A DNA stretch of 64,000 nt from Eledone cirrhosa. Taxonomy: Eukaryota. Each line of letters starts with the position of its first letter. Position 1 is the first letter of the stretch. Positions 15,190 through 31,279 of this stretch are shown piece by piece. Both the position numbers and the translations under genes were made by a program. Under the pieces are notes generated by a model. The model was not told the DNA's origin. It searched no databases and saw only the letters and a list, made by a program, of their open reading frames with translations. The stretch lies in assembly GCA_964016885.1 (NCBI GenBank), contig OZ024748.1, positions 38,006,001-38,070,000 on the forward strand, read 5' to 3'.

Positions 15190-16437
15190 GATGAACTGGT
15201 AACTGCATGTAAACACCGATTGCGTAGGATTTACCTCGCCCTCAAACCCCATAATGACCCGGGGGGGGGGGGGGGGTAGACAAGGGCTATAACACCCCAC
15301 TTGCCGATTTTGTATCCGGTAACCCCTGCTTGCAAAGGTAGACCTAATATCTTCTTCTATATCTTTTTATCACTTCCTCTATATTTCCTTCTTCCCCCAT
15401 CCCTCCCCAGTCCTCCCACCCCAATCCTCTTTCTTTGTCGTCGTCCTTTTACTCTCTCGCCCACCAGAGGCAGCCCCTCGGTGCCTTGTAGCCTCAGTAC
15501 CCCCCCCCCCCTTCCCCTAATTTATGATAGATTTGGCCGACTCCGCTTTTTATAGCATATGTGTTAGACCCCGGATACTAGCCTTCTTATCCGATGGCCG
15601 CACCTTTTCCGTGCTTTCTATATTTCTTAGTGGTATCTTTGCTTTAATTTCTCGTATATCAGTATTTATTTTTTATTGGGGGGGGGGGGGATTCTGAATT
15701 AATTTTCCGTATTAAATTTTACATATACTTCGTACGAGCATTTATGTAGTTTGCACTAGAATTTTTGTAGCGTGGCGGCACCCTTAGAGATTGTATTAGT
15801 ATTCTTTTTCGGGATTCTGAATTATTATTTCGTATTTGTTTATTTTTTTTGCACTGGGTGGTTGCTGACCTTGTGCCTGGGGTAGAAACCTTTATTTTGT
15901 ACTGGTCTCGGGACTCTGATTTATTATTTCGCGGTAGTTTCTTTAGTATTTTGCCCCCCCCCCCCCCCACTTGTTGACCCGTCACCGTAAGATATATTCG
16001 GTTGTTTACTTATGCCTCTTAAAAGGGTCACATTATAATTCCGTCCCACCTAGTAAACCTTTCTTTAGTCTAGCAGTACCAGTGAGAGACTTGATAGCTG
16101 TCCTTAGGTTATAGTAACCAGAAATTGTTTTTTTCTTTACACTTAATTGTTTTTTAATACTCCCGGTATTTTTCTATATATTTACCCCATATTGTTTTAC
16201 TTATTGTTTCGACTTCCTCACCCTCCACCCCCCTAGTATCTTCTTTGACCTCCTGTCCAGCCGTAGTTGGCACTATCAACGCACGACTGGGTTTCTTTCC
16301 ACCTCCTCTCCCTCTATCTTCTACTGGCAGGTTCAGCTACCCCTTCCCTCCACAAATTGCCATGATAGAATTATTATGTCTCAACAACAAACTTTTGACC
16401 AATACTTGTGACAATCACTTTTACCATATATGGAATT

Positions 16438-16533
16438 ACCCCCTGAGAAGCTCGGCTATTCATATACCAGGATAAAAATGTACATTTAGTTCAGAATTAG
16501 CCGTCGAAACGGCTTGAGCTCAGCCGTCAGGGT
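16438..16533 (+). ncRNA. Hammerhead-like motif with atypical core (CUGAGAA), mirror copy
   Basis: Perfect stem III ACGGCT/AGCCGT, GUC at 16526-16528, stem II CGGCTA/TAGCCG. Confidence 0.65.
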
Positions 16534-16644
16534 CCTCCTCGTTCCTATTACCCACTCTACTACCCTAAGTATTAAGTACTTTGGTGCGTTATGGTCCACC
16601 TGGTTCCTTACCACATTTCCTTCGTTATATATATATATATACAT

Positions 16645-16977
16645 GTTTAAAAGTTAAACAAGGTTCAATGAATACATCAAAGAATGAGTTTTACAATAGA
16701 TTGGAAGCACTCAATAGTTATGGTTTTCCAGAGTTATTAATATTAATTCAAACTATTAACAAAATAGATATTCTTGTGATCAAGTATATTTTATGATACA
16801 TATTTCACTAACATGACTGAATCTTCACCATCTACTGTGTCACGGTCTGTCCTGCATCATCTTATTTTATCTGATGAGGACGTACTGTTGAAGTTAACTC
16901 AATACCTCTGAAATATGTATAATAAAATATACTTGATCACAAGAATATCTATTTTGTTAATATTTTGAATTAATATA
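16645..16977. mobile_element. Short inverted-structure hammerhead element
   Basis: Left part is the reverse complement of the right part; same family as 26860-27225; flanked by (TA)n. Confidence 0.7.
16863..16929 (+). ncRNA. Type I hammerhead ribozyme (minimal stem III)
   Basis: TATTTTAT-CTGATGA-GGACGTACTG...CAATACCTCT-GAAA-TATGTA-TA-ATAAAATA; 8-bp stem I. Confidence 0.85.
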
Positions 16978-17025
16978 TATATATATGAATATATATACAT
17001 ATATATATATCTGTATATATGTATG

Positions 17026-17111
<86 letters not shown>

Positions 17112-17183
17112 CATATACATATATCTGTATATATGTATATATATATATACATATGTATATATATACATATATATTTATCTGTA

Positions 17184-17314
<131 letters not shown>

Positions 17315-17410
17315 CTGTATATTTGTGTGTATATATATCTATATATATATATATATATATATACATATGTATATATATACATATGTATATATATACATAT
17401 GTATATATCT

Positions 17411-17997
17411 GTATGGTGGCTGCCAACTCGTTTTCGAGTACGGCCACTACTTTATATCCATGTAGGTGAACCCCTATCGATGCACTGAACGAGTGTGACT
17501 TTTTAGTCCAGCCAGCGACTAGAAAACTCTGGTACAAACACTACACTTGTGACAATTACAGACACATAGTGCTGGGCCCATGGTACCATGTGACGACAAG
17601 TGCAGAGAGATCTCCAGATATAAAGCAATGCCTGTGCCGTGAAGCTTTTATAGTGAGCAAAGGCACTGCACAAAGCCTGTCCCACTCTCTTAACCAAGAT
17701 GATATTTACCAAAAAGAAGAACAAGTCAACATCATTGGATACCATCAGGGTTGCAGGTGTTATATCAGAGTTTTCCTTCTCCTAGAATTCTGCCTTGACA
17801 AAGGCTAAGGGGTCATCTCTCCCGGTGATTTTGGATGGCCATTGACTCTTAAGAGCTCCTTTGCCCTTTGACAGGTTTTGTTTTTAGTCCTGCAGGATGT
17901 CCAAAGTCACCCTCCTCACCAAGAAACCTTGGTGGGGTTGTCAGTTTAGTCGCCAACGACCCGACCATGAGACGGGTTGTACTGGGATACATGTTAC
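17411..17997 (-). mobile_element. Non-autonomous RTE-derived element (copy 2)
   Basis: Reverse complement of 645-1205 and 50053-50660. Confidence 0.75.
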
Positions 17998-18109
17998 AAT
18001 ATATCTGTATATATGTATATATATATACATATATATGTACATTGTGTAGTAGATGTAAGTAGAGAAGACATAAGATAGAAGAGAGGGAGAGAGACTACCA
18101 TATATTGAC

Positions 18110-19215
18110 ACTACCACCAACACCACTACACAGCACCACCAACACCACCACCAGCGCCACCAACATTACTACTACACACCACCAACGCTGCCACCAACAA
18201 CACCACTACACACGACCACCACTATCTCCACCACCACCACCACCACCACCACCACCACTATTACCACCACCACCACCACCACCATCAATACTACACACCA
18301 CCACCACCCCCAACACCACCACCACCCCCAACACCACCACCACCAACACCACCACCACGAAGAACACCACCGTTACAATCACTACCACCAACACCACTAC
18401 TACACCACCACCACCACCTCCACCACCACCACCACCACCAACACCACCACCAACATCACCACCACTATCACCACCACCACCACCACCACCACCACCAACA
18501 CCACCACCACTACAACCACCACCACCACCACCAACACCAACACCACCACCACTACAACCACCACCACCACTACACCACCACCACCTCCACCACCACCACC
18601 ACCACCACCAACATAACCACCACTATCATCACCACCACCAACACCACCACCACTACAACCACCACCACCACCACCACCACCACCACTACACCACCACCAC
18701 CACCACAACTACAACCACCACCACCACCACCACCACCACTACACCACCACCACCTCCACCACCACCACCACCACCACCACCACCACTATCATCACCACCA
18801 CCACCACCAACAACAACAACATAACCACCACTATCATCACCACCACCACCACCAACACCACCACAACTACAACCACCACCACCACCAACACCACCACTAC
18901 ACCACCACCAACACCACCACAACTACAACCACCACCACCACCACCACCAACACCACCACAACTACAACCCCCACCCCCACCACCACCACCACTACCACTA
19001 CACCACCACCAACACCACCACAACTACAACCACCACTACCACCACCACTACCACTCCACCACCACCAACACAACTACAACCACCACTACCACCACCACCA
19101 ACACCACCACAACTACAACCCCCACCACCACCACCACCACCACTACCACTACACCACCACCAACACAACTACAACCACCACTACCACCACCACCACCACC
19201 ACTACCACCATCACC
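18110..19215. repeat. (ACC)n-rich microsatellite
   Basis: Direct inspection. Confidence 0.95.
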
Positions 19216-19311
19216 ATTCATTCAGAAACTAATATTGTCGAACTAAAGACTTTAGACATTTAATGTCTTAAATGTCACGGAATTAACCATTGATATTTCT
19301 GTGTTACTGAT

Positions 19312-19732
19312 TGTGGTGGTGGGTGGTCGTGTAGTGGTGGCGGTGGTGTTGCTGGTGGTGGTGGTGATAGTGGTGGTGGTGATGGTGGTGGTGGTGGTAG
19401 GGGGGTGTAGTGGTGGTGGTGTTGGTGGTGTTGGTGGTGTTGGTGGTGGTAGTGGTGGTGGTGGTGGTGATGGTGGTGTAGTGGTGGTGGAGTGGGGGTG
19501 ATAGTGGTGGTGGTGTTGGTGGTGATAGTAGTGGTGGTGTTGGTGGTGGTGGTGGTAGTGGTGGTGGTGTTGGTGGTAGTGGTGATAGTCGTGGTGGTGG
19601 TGGTGGTGTTGGTGGTGATAGTGGTGGTGGTGTTGGTGGTGGTGTTGGTGGTGATAGTGGTGGTGGTGTTGGTGGTGGTGGTGGTGGTAGTGGTGGTGGT
19701 GGTGGTGGTGGTGGTAGTGGTAATAGTGGTGT
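19312..19732. repeat. (GGT)n-rich microsatellite
   Basis: Direct inspection. Confidence 0.95.
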
Positions 19733-19756
19733 GGGGCTTAGTAGTGTTTATAATAA

Positions 19757-19942
19757 TAATTGTTTCTACCTTTGGCACAAGGCCAGTAATAACCCAGTGC
19801 ATTACTGGTACTTTATTTTATCGACCCCGTAAGGATGAAAGGCAAAGTTAACCTCGGCGAGATTTGAACTCAGACCGTAAAGGGTCGTAACTCTTTGCTG
19901 CAAAGCATAGCGTCTGACCCTGTACCGATACTGCCAATCCAC
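19757..19942 (-). mobile_element. tRNA-derived SINE
   Basis: A box (TGGCAGTATCGG), B box (GTTCAAATC) and central GCCTTTCATCCTTACGGGGTCGATAAAAT motif shared with other copies in the window. Confidence 0.85.
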
Positions 19943-19944
19943 TA

Positions 19945-20515
19945 TATATTGTATAGTGTTCATAATAATATATATTGTATAGTGTATATAATAATATATA
20001 TTGTATAGTGTATATATTTTAGAAAGATATATTGTATAGTTTATATAATAATCTATATTGTATAGTGTATATACTTCAGAAAGATATATTGTATTGTGTA
20101 TATTGTATAGTGTATATATTTGGAAAGATATATTGTATAGTGTATATACTTTAGAAAGATATATTTTATAGTGTATATACTTTAGAAAGATATATTGTAT
20201 AGTGTATATATTTAGAAAGATATATTGTATAGTGTATATATTTAGAAAGATATATTGTATTGTGTATATACTTTAGAAAGATATATTGTATCGTGTATAT
20301 ACTTTAGAAAGATATATTGTATAGTGTATATTCTTTAGAAAGATATATTGTATAGTGTATATACTTTAGAAAGATATATTGTATAGTGTATATATTTAGA
20401 AAGATATATTGTATAGTGTATATACTTTAGAAAGATATATTGTTTAGTGTATATACTTTAGAAAGATATATTGTATAGTGTATGTACTTTAGAAAGATAT
20501 ATTGTATTGTGTATA
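19945..20515. repeat. ~29-31-bp AT-rich minisatellite
   Basis: Unit tatattgtatagtgtatatactttagaaaga. Confidence 0.92.
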
Positions 20516-20690
20516 TTATTATATTATGACATTCTACATGCTTATTCATTACAGATGTTCTTCTGCTAACAGTGTGCAACATCTTGATTCTTAGTTTAAA
20601 TGCATATTCAATCTTCTTGACAAACGGTACGTTTGTCCAACGTAAACACACACACACACATATATATGTATATATATATATATATATTTG

Positions 20691-20873
<183 letters not shown>

Positions 20874-21551
20874 ATTTCTCAGTTTCTATTTTAGCAATGA
20901 TTCAATGAAGTGTATTGTTGATATGAATATGTTTACCAAGCGGCATTATATTACTTAAAGAAGAGATGAGGTTTTGTTTGTATAACAGGGGTTAATTTTA
21001 CGGCTATTTACACTCTACAGTCTCAAACATATCATACAGGATTATTTCAATTTTAATATTTTAATGTAGCGAAACTGTAACGGTAACTTTGAGGCATATT
21101 TTTGTTGCTTAGAATAGCTAGGATTTCCTTGCCTCTGATATGCACATTCATATTTATATATTGTCTTGCTTTTTAATGAGTCTTATACGCAGTACCATAT
21201 TTAAATATTTTCTTGCCTTCAAATGATTCTTATATGCAGAAACATAACTATTCTTGTGCTTTCTAATATCTTATATGCAGTACTATATTTAAATATTCTG
21301 TTGCCACTCAGGCACGATCGAACAGATATGGCTAAGTCTATCTCGGAGTACAACACCAAGTAGATCAAACAGATCTGTGATTAGATTAGTTCCTAGAGAC
21401 GATCATGGCGTCTATTGTTAGGCTTAGTGTATCTCAGAATAAATCTCGTGGATCAAGTGACAACACATAGATTATCATTGAGTTCTATCTTCACTTTATA
21501 AATAAAACTCAGTTAAGATAATCATTGTATTTGTAATAATATAAACACACA

Positions 21552-21850
<299 letters not shown>

Positions 21851-21871
21851 CTATATATATATATATATATA

Positions 21872-22605
<734 letters not shown>

Positions 22606-23088
22606 TGTATATATATATATATATATATATATGCGTGTGTGTTTGTGTGTGTATATATATATATATTAGCCCCCCCCCCCCCTCCCTATCATGTTCCAAG
22701 TAACAAAAAAAAACTATTCTATGCAACATTTTATTTCAGGCAGACAACTGCAAGGCGACCCTCATCAGCCGTGAAATTTTGAAGTTTTCTCCCAGAAAGT
22801 CAATTTTTCAGATAAAATTTGTTTATCTCTTATATAATTTTCTCTTAAATTAAAAACTTGTTCAGACTTATTCTTGGTATTAGAAGGATAAGAGACAATG
22901 AATATAATGGGGAAGGTAACTTGCAAAGCTGGGGATAGAGCGCAGGAATAGGGTAAACACCTATTTTTCACTGTGGGAGCAGCAAAATTTTAACTTTCGG
23001 AAAATTACCTATTGCTAAGGGCCACTCTAATATACATATATACGTATGTGGTTGACAGCTGAGAGAAATGAGTACTTGGTATTGAGTA

Positions 23089-23130
<42 letters not shown>

Positions 23131-23135
<5 letters not shown>

Positions 23136-23520
23136 TTTCGCATCTCCAAAGAAATACGGTTTTAGGAAGCCGTAGCTATGCAAACACCGGGGGGGGGGGG
23201 CTAACGCAGAAGCAAGAGGGACAACAGTCTATGCATTTCAAGTTTAACTGGTCATCGTTAGGACGGTCCCTCCCACCACTTGCGACTGCTGTACTAGAAG
23301 ACAGGCGAGAATATATAGTTTTCTCGTCTGTATAAATGAGGTGATTAATCTCATTTGCATACGAAGCTGCAAAAGTTGGCTCAACTTATAATAGAAAAGA
23401 AATAGGATTTCGCTTCAAGCATAGCTTCATACAATATGTATAAATATTTCGTATCTCCAAAGAAATACGGTTTTAGGAATCCGTAGCAATGGAAACACCG
23501 GGGGGGCTAACGTCCTCAGA
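23131..23520 (-). mobile_element. ~311-bp partial-tandem hammerhead element (retrozyme-like)
   Basis: The start at 23131 recurs at 23442. Decayed hammerhead on the minus strand at ~23225-23270: CTAACGA...GAAA-TGCA-TA-GAC. Confidence 0.7.
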
Positions 23521-23647
23521 AGTGGTAACACAACAGTTCGTGGTGGTGGTGGTGGTGGTGATGGTGGTAGTGGTGGTGGTGGTAGTGGTGGTGTTGTTAG
23601 CGCTGGTGTGTAGTGGTAGTAGTTGTAGTGGTGTTGGTTGTGGTGGT

Positions 23648-23782
23648 GAGAACAATTGTTTCACCTTAGCGGATCTTCAGCTCGTAATGGATGTGGTTAT
23701 ACGGAACAGTTCCGTATAACAGTTCCGAATAAACATGTCCATTACGAGCTGAATATCCGCTAAGGTGAAACAATTGTTCTCG
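23648..23782. ncRNA. Palindrome of two minimal type I hammerheads
   Basis: Minus 23648-23684: CGAG-CTGAAGA-TCC-GCTAA-GGT-GAAA-CAATTG-TT-CTC. Plus 23745-23782 is the same but with CTGAATA. Confidence 0.72.
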
Positions 23783-23893
23783 ATATGGTGAACTAACTGT
23801 TGTGTTACCACTTCTACCTAACTCGTCCCATGGACTGAGTGCTCTGCCACTACGGATATTACCTTCCAGTGTTCTACCTCTCTCTCTATATAT

Positions 23894-23979
<86 letters not shown>

Positions 23980-23983
<4 letters not shown>

Positions 23984-24523
23984 CAGGAAAGAAGCTTGAC
24001 ATGGTTTGCTATACAAAAAAGGTTTTTAATCTCATAGCTGACAATTGTTTCTCTGAACTGGTAGGTCTAGAGATCGCTATTCGCTTATTTTCACGTTACT
24101 CGATCGCCAATACAAAATTATAACCAGTCAGTTCTTCGGAGCATGCGAGAATGAAGAGAATACACAGGCAAGAAAAGAATATACAGGCTACTATATGAAG
24201 TAGTAATGGCATTCAGTTAGAACAATAACAACAATTACAACAATGCTATTAATAAATTATTTGAGGAGACCCTGACATTACTTAGGTGGGGGGTATAGTG
24301 TATCTAAGATTTCGGCGTGTAAAACTACCTGTCATGAGGCAGAGTTAAAAGTTTGGCATGTACAGAGTATCGAAGTGTGTATCAATTTTAAATTATAAAG
24401 ATAAGCCAGTGTTTACAGTCTTTCTTTTCATCTTCATTAATATACATGAATGGGACAACACTGTCAAAGCTAAATAGTTGTTGAGTTAATACAGAGGTTA
24501 AGGAAGTAATATACGCATATATT

Positions 24524-24611
<88 letters not shown>

Positions 24612-25367
24612 CACATGCATGTGTACATAGACACATACATACACATCAATATACACTCGTACAAAAATATACATACATGCAAAGAGATAAGCGTGCTAAT
24701 TGTAATTATGGCAAAAGGAAGGTAAAGTTACATTGTAGTAGTGATTTGAGAAAAACTAGGATTTAGGATCAAATGATGGCAGCAGCTGAGAAGGAATAAG
24801 TTTGTGGGTTGATGAGGTACTTACAGACATTTGTGTGGTATAGACTTGTGAAGGCTAGAGTATACTTAATGAGTATATTTCTGTGGGTAGTAGGTATCCT
24901 AATTTAAAGCTATGTTGTGTTGGTTCGATTCACGGATGTTTGAATCTTATGAATTTAGTGGCAATTCTATGTCTGCAGAAGATAGATCTTTCTAACTTTT
25001 AACTCTGCCTCATGACAGCTAGTTTTACACGCCGAAATCTTAGATACACTATACCCCCCACCTAAGTAATGTCAGGGTCTCCTCAAATAATTTATTAATA
25101 GCATTGTTGTAATTGTTGTTATTGTTCTAACTGAATGCCATTACTACTTCATATAGTAGCCTGTATATTCTTTTCTTGCCTGTGTATTCTCTTCATTCTC
25201 GCATGCTCCGAAGAACTGACTGGTTATAATTTTGTATTGGCGATCGAGTAACGTGAAAATAAGCGAATAGCGATCTCTAGACCTACCAGGTCAGAGAAAC
25301 AATTGTCAGCTATGAGATTAAAAACCTTTTTTGTATAGCAAACCATGTCAACCTTCTTTCCTGATTT
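23980..25367. repeat. Long inverted repeat (~375-bp arms)
   Basis: 23980-24353 is the reverse complement of 24994-25367. Confidence 0.92.
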
Positions 25368-25799
25368 ATTATTACTCCAAGTGTTTACAACATAGGAATT
25401 ACAGCATACCCGCAGCATCACTATGAAAACGCCTTGTTGAGTCAAACCAAGCCAAGCGTTGATATCATCCACTACCTGGAATACCATAACTGGACTATAC
25501 CTAAGTGGACTGCATTTAACTATTATTTGTTACCCCGTATATATATATATATATATACTCTCCTTACTATACTTGCTTTCATATTTCTCCTTGCTCCCCT
25601 TTTCTCATTGTATTTGTATCTAAACAAGTACATAGATACGAGGAGAAAGGGAGAACAAGGATAAAAGGAGAGCAAGGAGAGCAAGGATAAAAGGGGAGCA
25701 AGGAGAGCAAGGAGAAAAACAGAGCAAGGAAGGCAATGAGAAAAGGAGAGCAAGGAGGGCAACGAGAAAAGGAGAGCAAGGAGAGGTTAAGGTAAATAT

Positions 25800-26285
25800 T
25801 GCTCAAGTTATGCTAGAAGCAGACAAATGTGAAGAAGAGGAAGAAGAAAAAAATCAACTGAAGAGGTACATTCTGCACCAAAATGACTTTTCTTCCTTTA
25901 CAAACATTGAGTTTTTATCTTTTGTAACTCCTGGTGTAAAAACTTTCTTCACGAGGTTTTCTATCAGCACCGATTTCCTCAACAAAGACCCTTCAACATG
26001 GAAGGATGATCCTGGTTACAAAAGTGGACTTGAAAAACTTGAGAAGACAGTTGTTGTGAATGATGTTGCAGAAAGAAGTGTCAAACTCATTCAGGATTAC
26101 AATAACATTCTCACAAGAGATGAAACTGAGAAACAATTTGTTTTACAGATCGTTACCGAAAACCGCTGAAGGTCGCCTAACAGTTGTCCGATTGTGCTGA
26201 ACTTTTGCAGACCTTGTTTTTTTTATTGATTGGAACAGGATTAGGGGTTGGAGCTTTCGAACCATTATCTATTGCCAAGGGCCAC

Positions 26286-26289
<4 letters not shown>
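25800..26289 (+). mobile_element. Probable Sola2 DNA transposon 3' remnant (transposase C-terminus + terminus)
   Basis: ORF 25810-26169 contains VVNDVAERSVKLIQDYNNILTRDE..KQFVLQIV. The terminus ...CTATTGCCAAGGGCCACCC resembles ...CTATTGCTAAGGGCCACTC at ~23008-23027, consistent with the GRG...CYC ends described for Sola2. Confidence 0.6.
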
Positions 26290-26341
<52 letters not shown>

Positions 26342-26725
26342 CGGACTATTTATGCCCTAAAACATAGATTATTTTCTATTTATTTGCCACCAGGGCATCA
26401 AAGATTGGGACAAATACAAGGGGGGCGGGGAGTTTACATACATTTCAAAAGACGTGTAAAAAAAAATATAATAAATTAAATTTAACAAACGAAGTCCTCA
26501 ATAGGGAGGGGGCGTTGACGTGGGTCGCACACCCCCCCGAAAAAATGTACAACCCTCCTCTTCAGGAGCACAATGAGCGGGTGCCCCCTTCCTCTCCTCC
26601 TTCTTCTCCTCTATCTCACCTACAGGCTGATATAGAGAGAAGGCCCAGATTGATTAATGGTCAGACCTCGGATAATAAATGGGTTAATTGAAAAATAATG
26701 GAAAATATTTATAAAAATGATACAG

Positions 26726-26779
<54 letters not shown>

Positions 26780-26794
26780 TTTCATATACATATA

Positions 26795-26859
<65 letters not shown>

Positions 26860-26862
<3 letters not shown>

Positions 26863-27225
26863 AGAGTTAAACAAGGTTCAATGAATACATCAAAGAATGA
26901 GTTTTACAATAGATTGGAAACACTCAACAGTTAATGTTTTCCAGAGTTATTAATATTAATTCAAAATATTAACAAAGTAGATATTCTTGTGATCAATTTT
27001 ATTTTATTATACATATTTCAGAGGTTCAACAGTACGTCCTCATCAGATAAAATAAAATGATACATGACATACCCGGACATAGTAGATGGTTAAGATTCAA
27101 TCTTAACCATTTTATTTTATCTGATGAGGACGTACTGTTGAACTTAACTCAGTACCTCTGAAATATGTATAATAAAATATAATTGATTACAAGAATATTT
27201 ATTTTGTTAATATTTTGAATTAATA
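26860..27225. mobile_element. Inverted-structure hammerhead element, copy 2
   Basis: Hammerhead on plus at 27113-27179 (stem II GGA-C-GTACTG/CAGTAC-C-TCT) and on minus at 27000-27054 (shortened stem II). Confidence 0.8.
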
Positions 27226-27427
27226 TATATATATATGTATACTTTCATATATATATATATACTTTCATCTGCTATTGGCAAAGCTATTGGCAAAGACAAA
27301 CACATTATTATATATTTCTCTATTTTTGTTATATTGTTTGGTGACAGAGATGCAATTAAAAGGTTATTTCTTGTGAGTCAAGCAATATTTGTGTATCTAT
27401 CAGAATACCTCTCAACCTGTCCATTTA

Positions 27428-27985
27428 TGTGTGTGTGTCTGTGTCTCTGTGTGTGTCTGTGTCTGTGTGTGTATCTGTGTCACTGTGTATGTCTATGAGT
27501 GTGTGTGTCTGTGTCTCTGTGTATGTATGTGAGTGTGTGTGTGTGTCTCTGTGTCTCTGTGTCTCTGTGTGTCTCTGTGTATGTCTCTCTGTGTGTGTGT
27601 CTCTGTGTGTCTCTGTGTGTCTCTCTGTGTGTGTGTCTCTGTGTGTGTGTCTCTGCGTATGCCTGTGTGTGTATGTCTGTGTATGTGTGTCTCTGTGTCT
27701 CTGTGTCTCTGTGTCTCTGTGTCTCTGTGTGTGTGTCTCTGTGTATGTCTGTGAGTGTGTGTGTGTGTGTGTGTGTCTCTGTGTGTCTCTGTATCTCTGT
27801 GTCTCTGTGTGTCTCTGTGTATGTCTGTGTGTGTCTCTGTGTGTCTCTGTATCTCTGTGTCTCTGTGTGTCTCTGTGTATGTCTGTGTGTGTGTGTGTCT
27901 CTGTGTGTCTCTGTGTATGTCTCTCTATGTGTGTGTCTCTGTGTGTCTGTGTGTGTGTATGTCTGTGTGTGTGTGTCTCTGTGTA
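27428..27985. repeat. (GT)/(CT) compound microsatellite
   Basis: Direct inspection. Confidence 0.92.
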
Positions 27986-28242
27986 TGGCTGTCAGTGTTC
28001 TCTTGCTATATATAAACCTGCCTTTAGCTGTCGGTCGATATATCTGTATATTTATCTTCGTATTTCTATATATGTCTCTGTCAGTGTCTCTAGCTGTGTC
28101 TCATATATAATCAATACAAAGACCAACATCCCAAGAGGACTCCATAAGTGTTGTATATATTTAAACTTCATATGATACCACTTAGGGCGAAAGCAAAAAT
28201 TAATTGCTAAAATTTTAATCAGAACTAATATTATATATATAA

Positions 28243-28623
28243 GGGCAGTGAATTGGCAGTATCGGTAGAGGGTCGGATGCCATACTTTGACGCATAGAGT
28301 TACGGCCCTTGCCAATCTGAGTTCAAATCCCGCCGAGGTTAACTTTGCCTTTCATCCTTACGAGGTCGATAAAATAAAGTACCAGTAATCTACTGGGTAA
28401 TTGCTGGCCTTGTGCCAAAAGTAGAAACAATTATATATATAAAGGCAGTGGATTGGCAGTATCGATAGAGGGTCGGACGCCAAGCATAGAGTTACGGCCC
28501 TTGCCATTCTGAGTTCAAATCCCACCGGGGTTAATTTTGCCTTTCATCCTTACGGGGTCGATAAAATAAAGTACCAGTAATACACTGTATAATTGCTGGC
28601 CTTGTGCCAAAAGTAGAAACAAT

Positions 28624-28625
<2 letters not shown>
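28243..28625 (+). mobile_element. Two tandem tRNA-derived SINE copies
   Basis: 28243-28432 and 28443-28625, each with A/B boxes and the shared body. Confidence 0.85.
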
Positions 28626-28662
<37 letters not shown>

Positions 28663-28734
28663 TAGTCTTGTTATTCTTGTGTTTCTCACAAAATCTGAAT
28701 GTTCAAATGACAGGGAAACAATATAGATAAGGAT

Positions 28735-28920
28735 AAAGGTATGGTTAACTTGACAGAGTCGGTAGAGCATCGAACAAATTAGTTTGTGGTATTTAGTTAC
28801 GACTTTCTACGTTCTGAGTTCAAATCCCGCCGTAGTCAACTTCGCTTTTCATCGTTCCGATATCGATAGAATCGAATTTCCCCCAAATTTGCTGGTTTTA
28901 TGTCTAAATTACAAATAGAA
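28735..28920 (+). mobile_element. Diverged SINE copy
   Basis: GTTCAAATCCCGCC B box and degenerate central motif. Confidence 0.7.
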
Positions 28921-29469
28921 AATTATTCCTATTGCTTCTTCTTCTTCTTCTTTCGAAGGAGAAGCATTTATTTTGTTTTTCCAATGGCTAGAATATATGT
29001 GGCTCACCTGCATAATTTATTTACACACACCCCGCTTCATTCAAACTACGGATGGTAGTTTTTGTTCCTTTTAAATGAGACATTCATACACTCTCCCTAC
29101 TACAATACCTCTAGAACATTCTCCCCTTAACACCCTCACACATTGCTGTTCTATAGATCACACAACTAATAACTCTACAGTGATGCTATGAGGAGGTCTA
29201 ATTAGGTGTAAACAAACTGTACCATTCTAGATTTAGACTAAATCCTTCCCAACTATTTTCTCTTTAAATGTGTAATTTTGTATTAACTTCATCACATTTT
29301 AACTGACACATTTTCAATCTAGTGAGTGACATCTCATGAATATATTATCTTATAAATACCATGACGTTTTGTCTATCACACAGTCACACAGCAGTTCCGC
29401 GAACAGTGGGACACGCTAAACTCTCAGTTACTAGAGAAAGTAATATCAGCATTATAAGATGTATATAAA

Positions 29470-30590
<1,121 letters not shown>

Positions 30591-30922
30591 ACAGACAGTT
30601 CTCGACAGACAAACTGTGCTAATATGATAAATAACGATATTTCCATATATACAATATGGCTGCTTCTGTTATATTTGTCGTCCAGTCAATTAGATCTTTC
30701 ATATATTCTGCTCTACTGATCGATAACCAATAACAAGTCACTCTTGTAAAGATTAATATTTTCTTTTATATAATTATATTGACCTGATTGTTGTTGTTGT
30801 TGTAACTGAATACAATAATCTTATCATCAACTGTGAATGTCGTCAGATTTGCGTGGCTATATATATACATATGCTGTATCTATCTATGTAGATGTAGATA
30901 TATATATATATATACACACATT

Positions 30923-30997
<75 letters not shown>

Positions 30998-31088
30998 ATA
31001 TATATATGTATATATATATATATATATACAATATATACATGTGTATATATATATATATATAAATATATATATACAATATTTATACATG

Positions 31089-31127
<39 letters not shown>

Positions 31128-31279
31128 ATTATAGGTGTATATACTTATACACATTAACGTGTACAATATGCACATATTAACATACAATATGCACATATTT
31201 TCGTAAACATATTTTGCAAATTCAATAAATACTCCAGGTCATATATATGTTCTATATTGCATTATATTTCATTTCATCA

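Noticed and set aside
19757-19942. tRNA genes
   Set aside because: A/B boxes belong to SINE heads; no cloverleaf.
22715-22775. Minus-strand CUGAUGA...GAAA
   Set aside because: Weak stem II, and no convincing stem I or cleavage strand found.
30670-30852. Minus-strand CUGACGA ... GAAAGAUCUA hammerhead candidate
   Set aside because: Only ~3 bp of stem I and an out-of-register stem II over ~140 nt; not supportable from a single copy.
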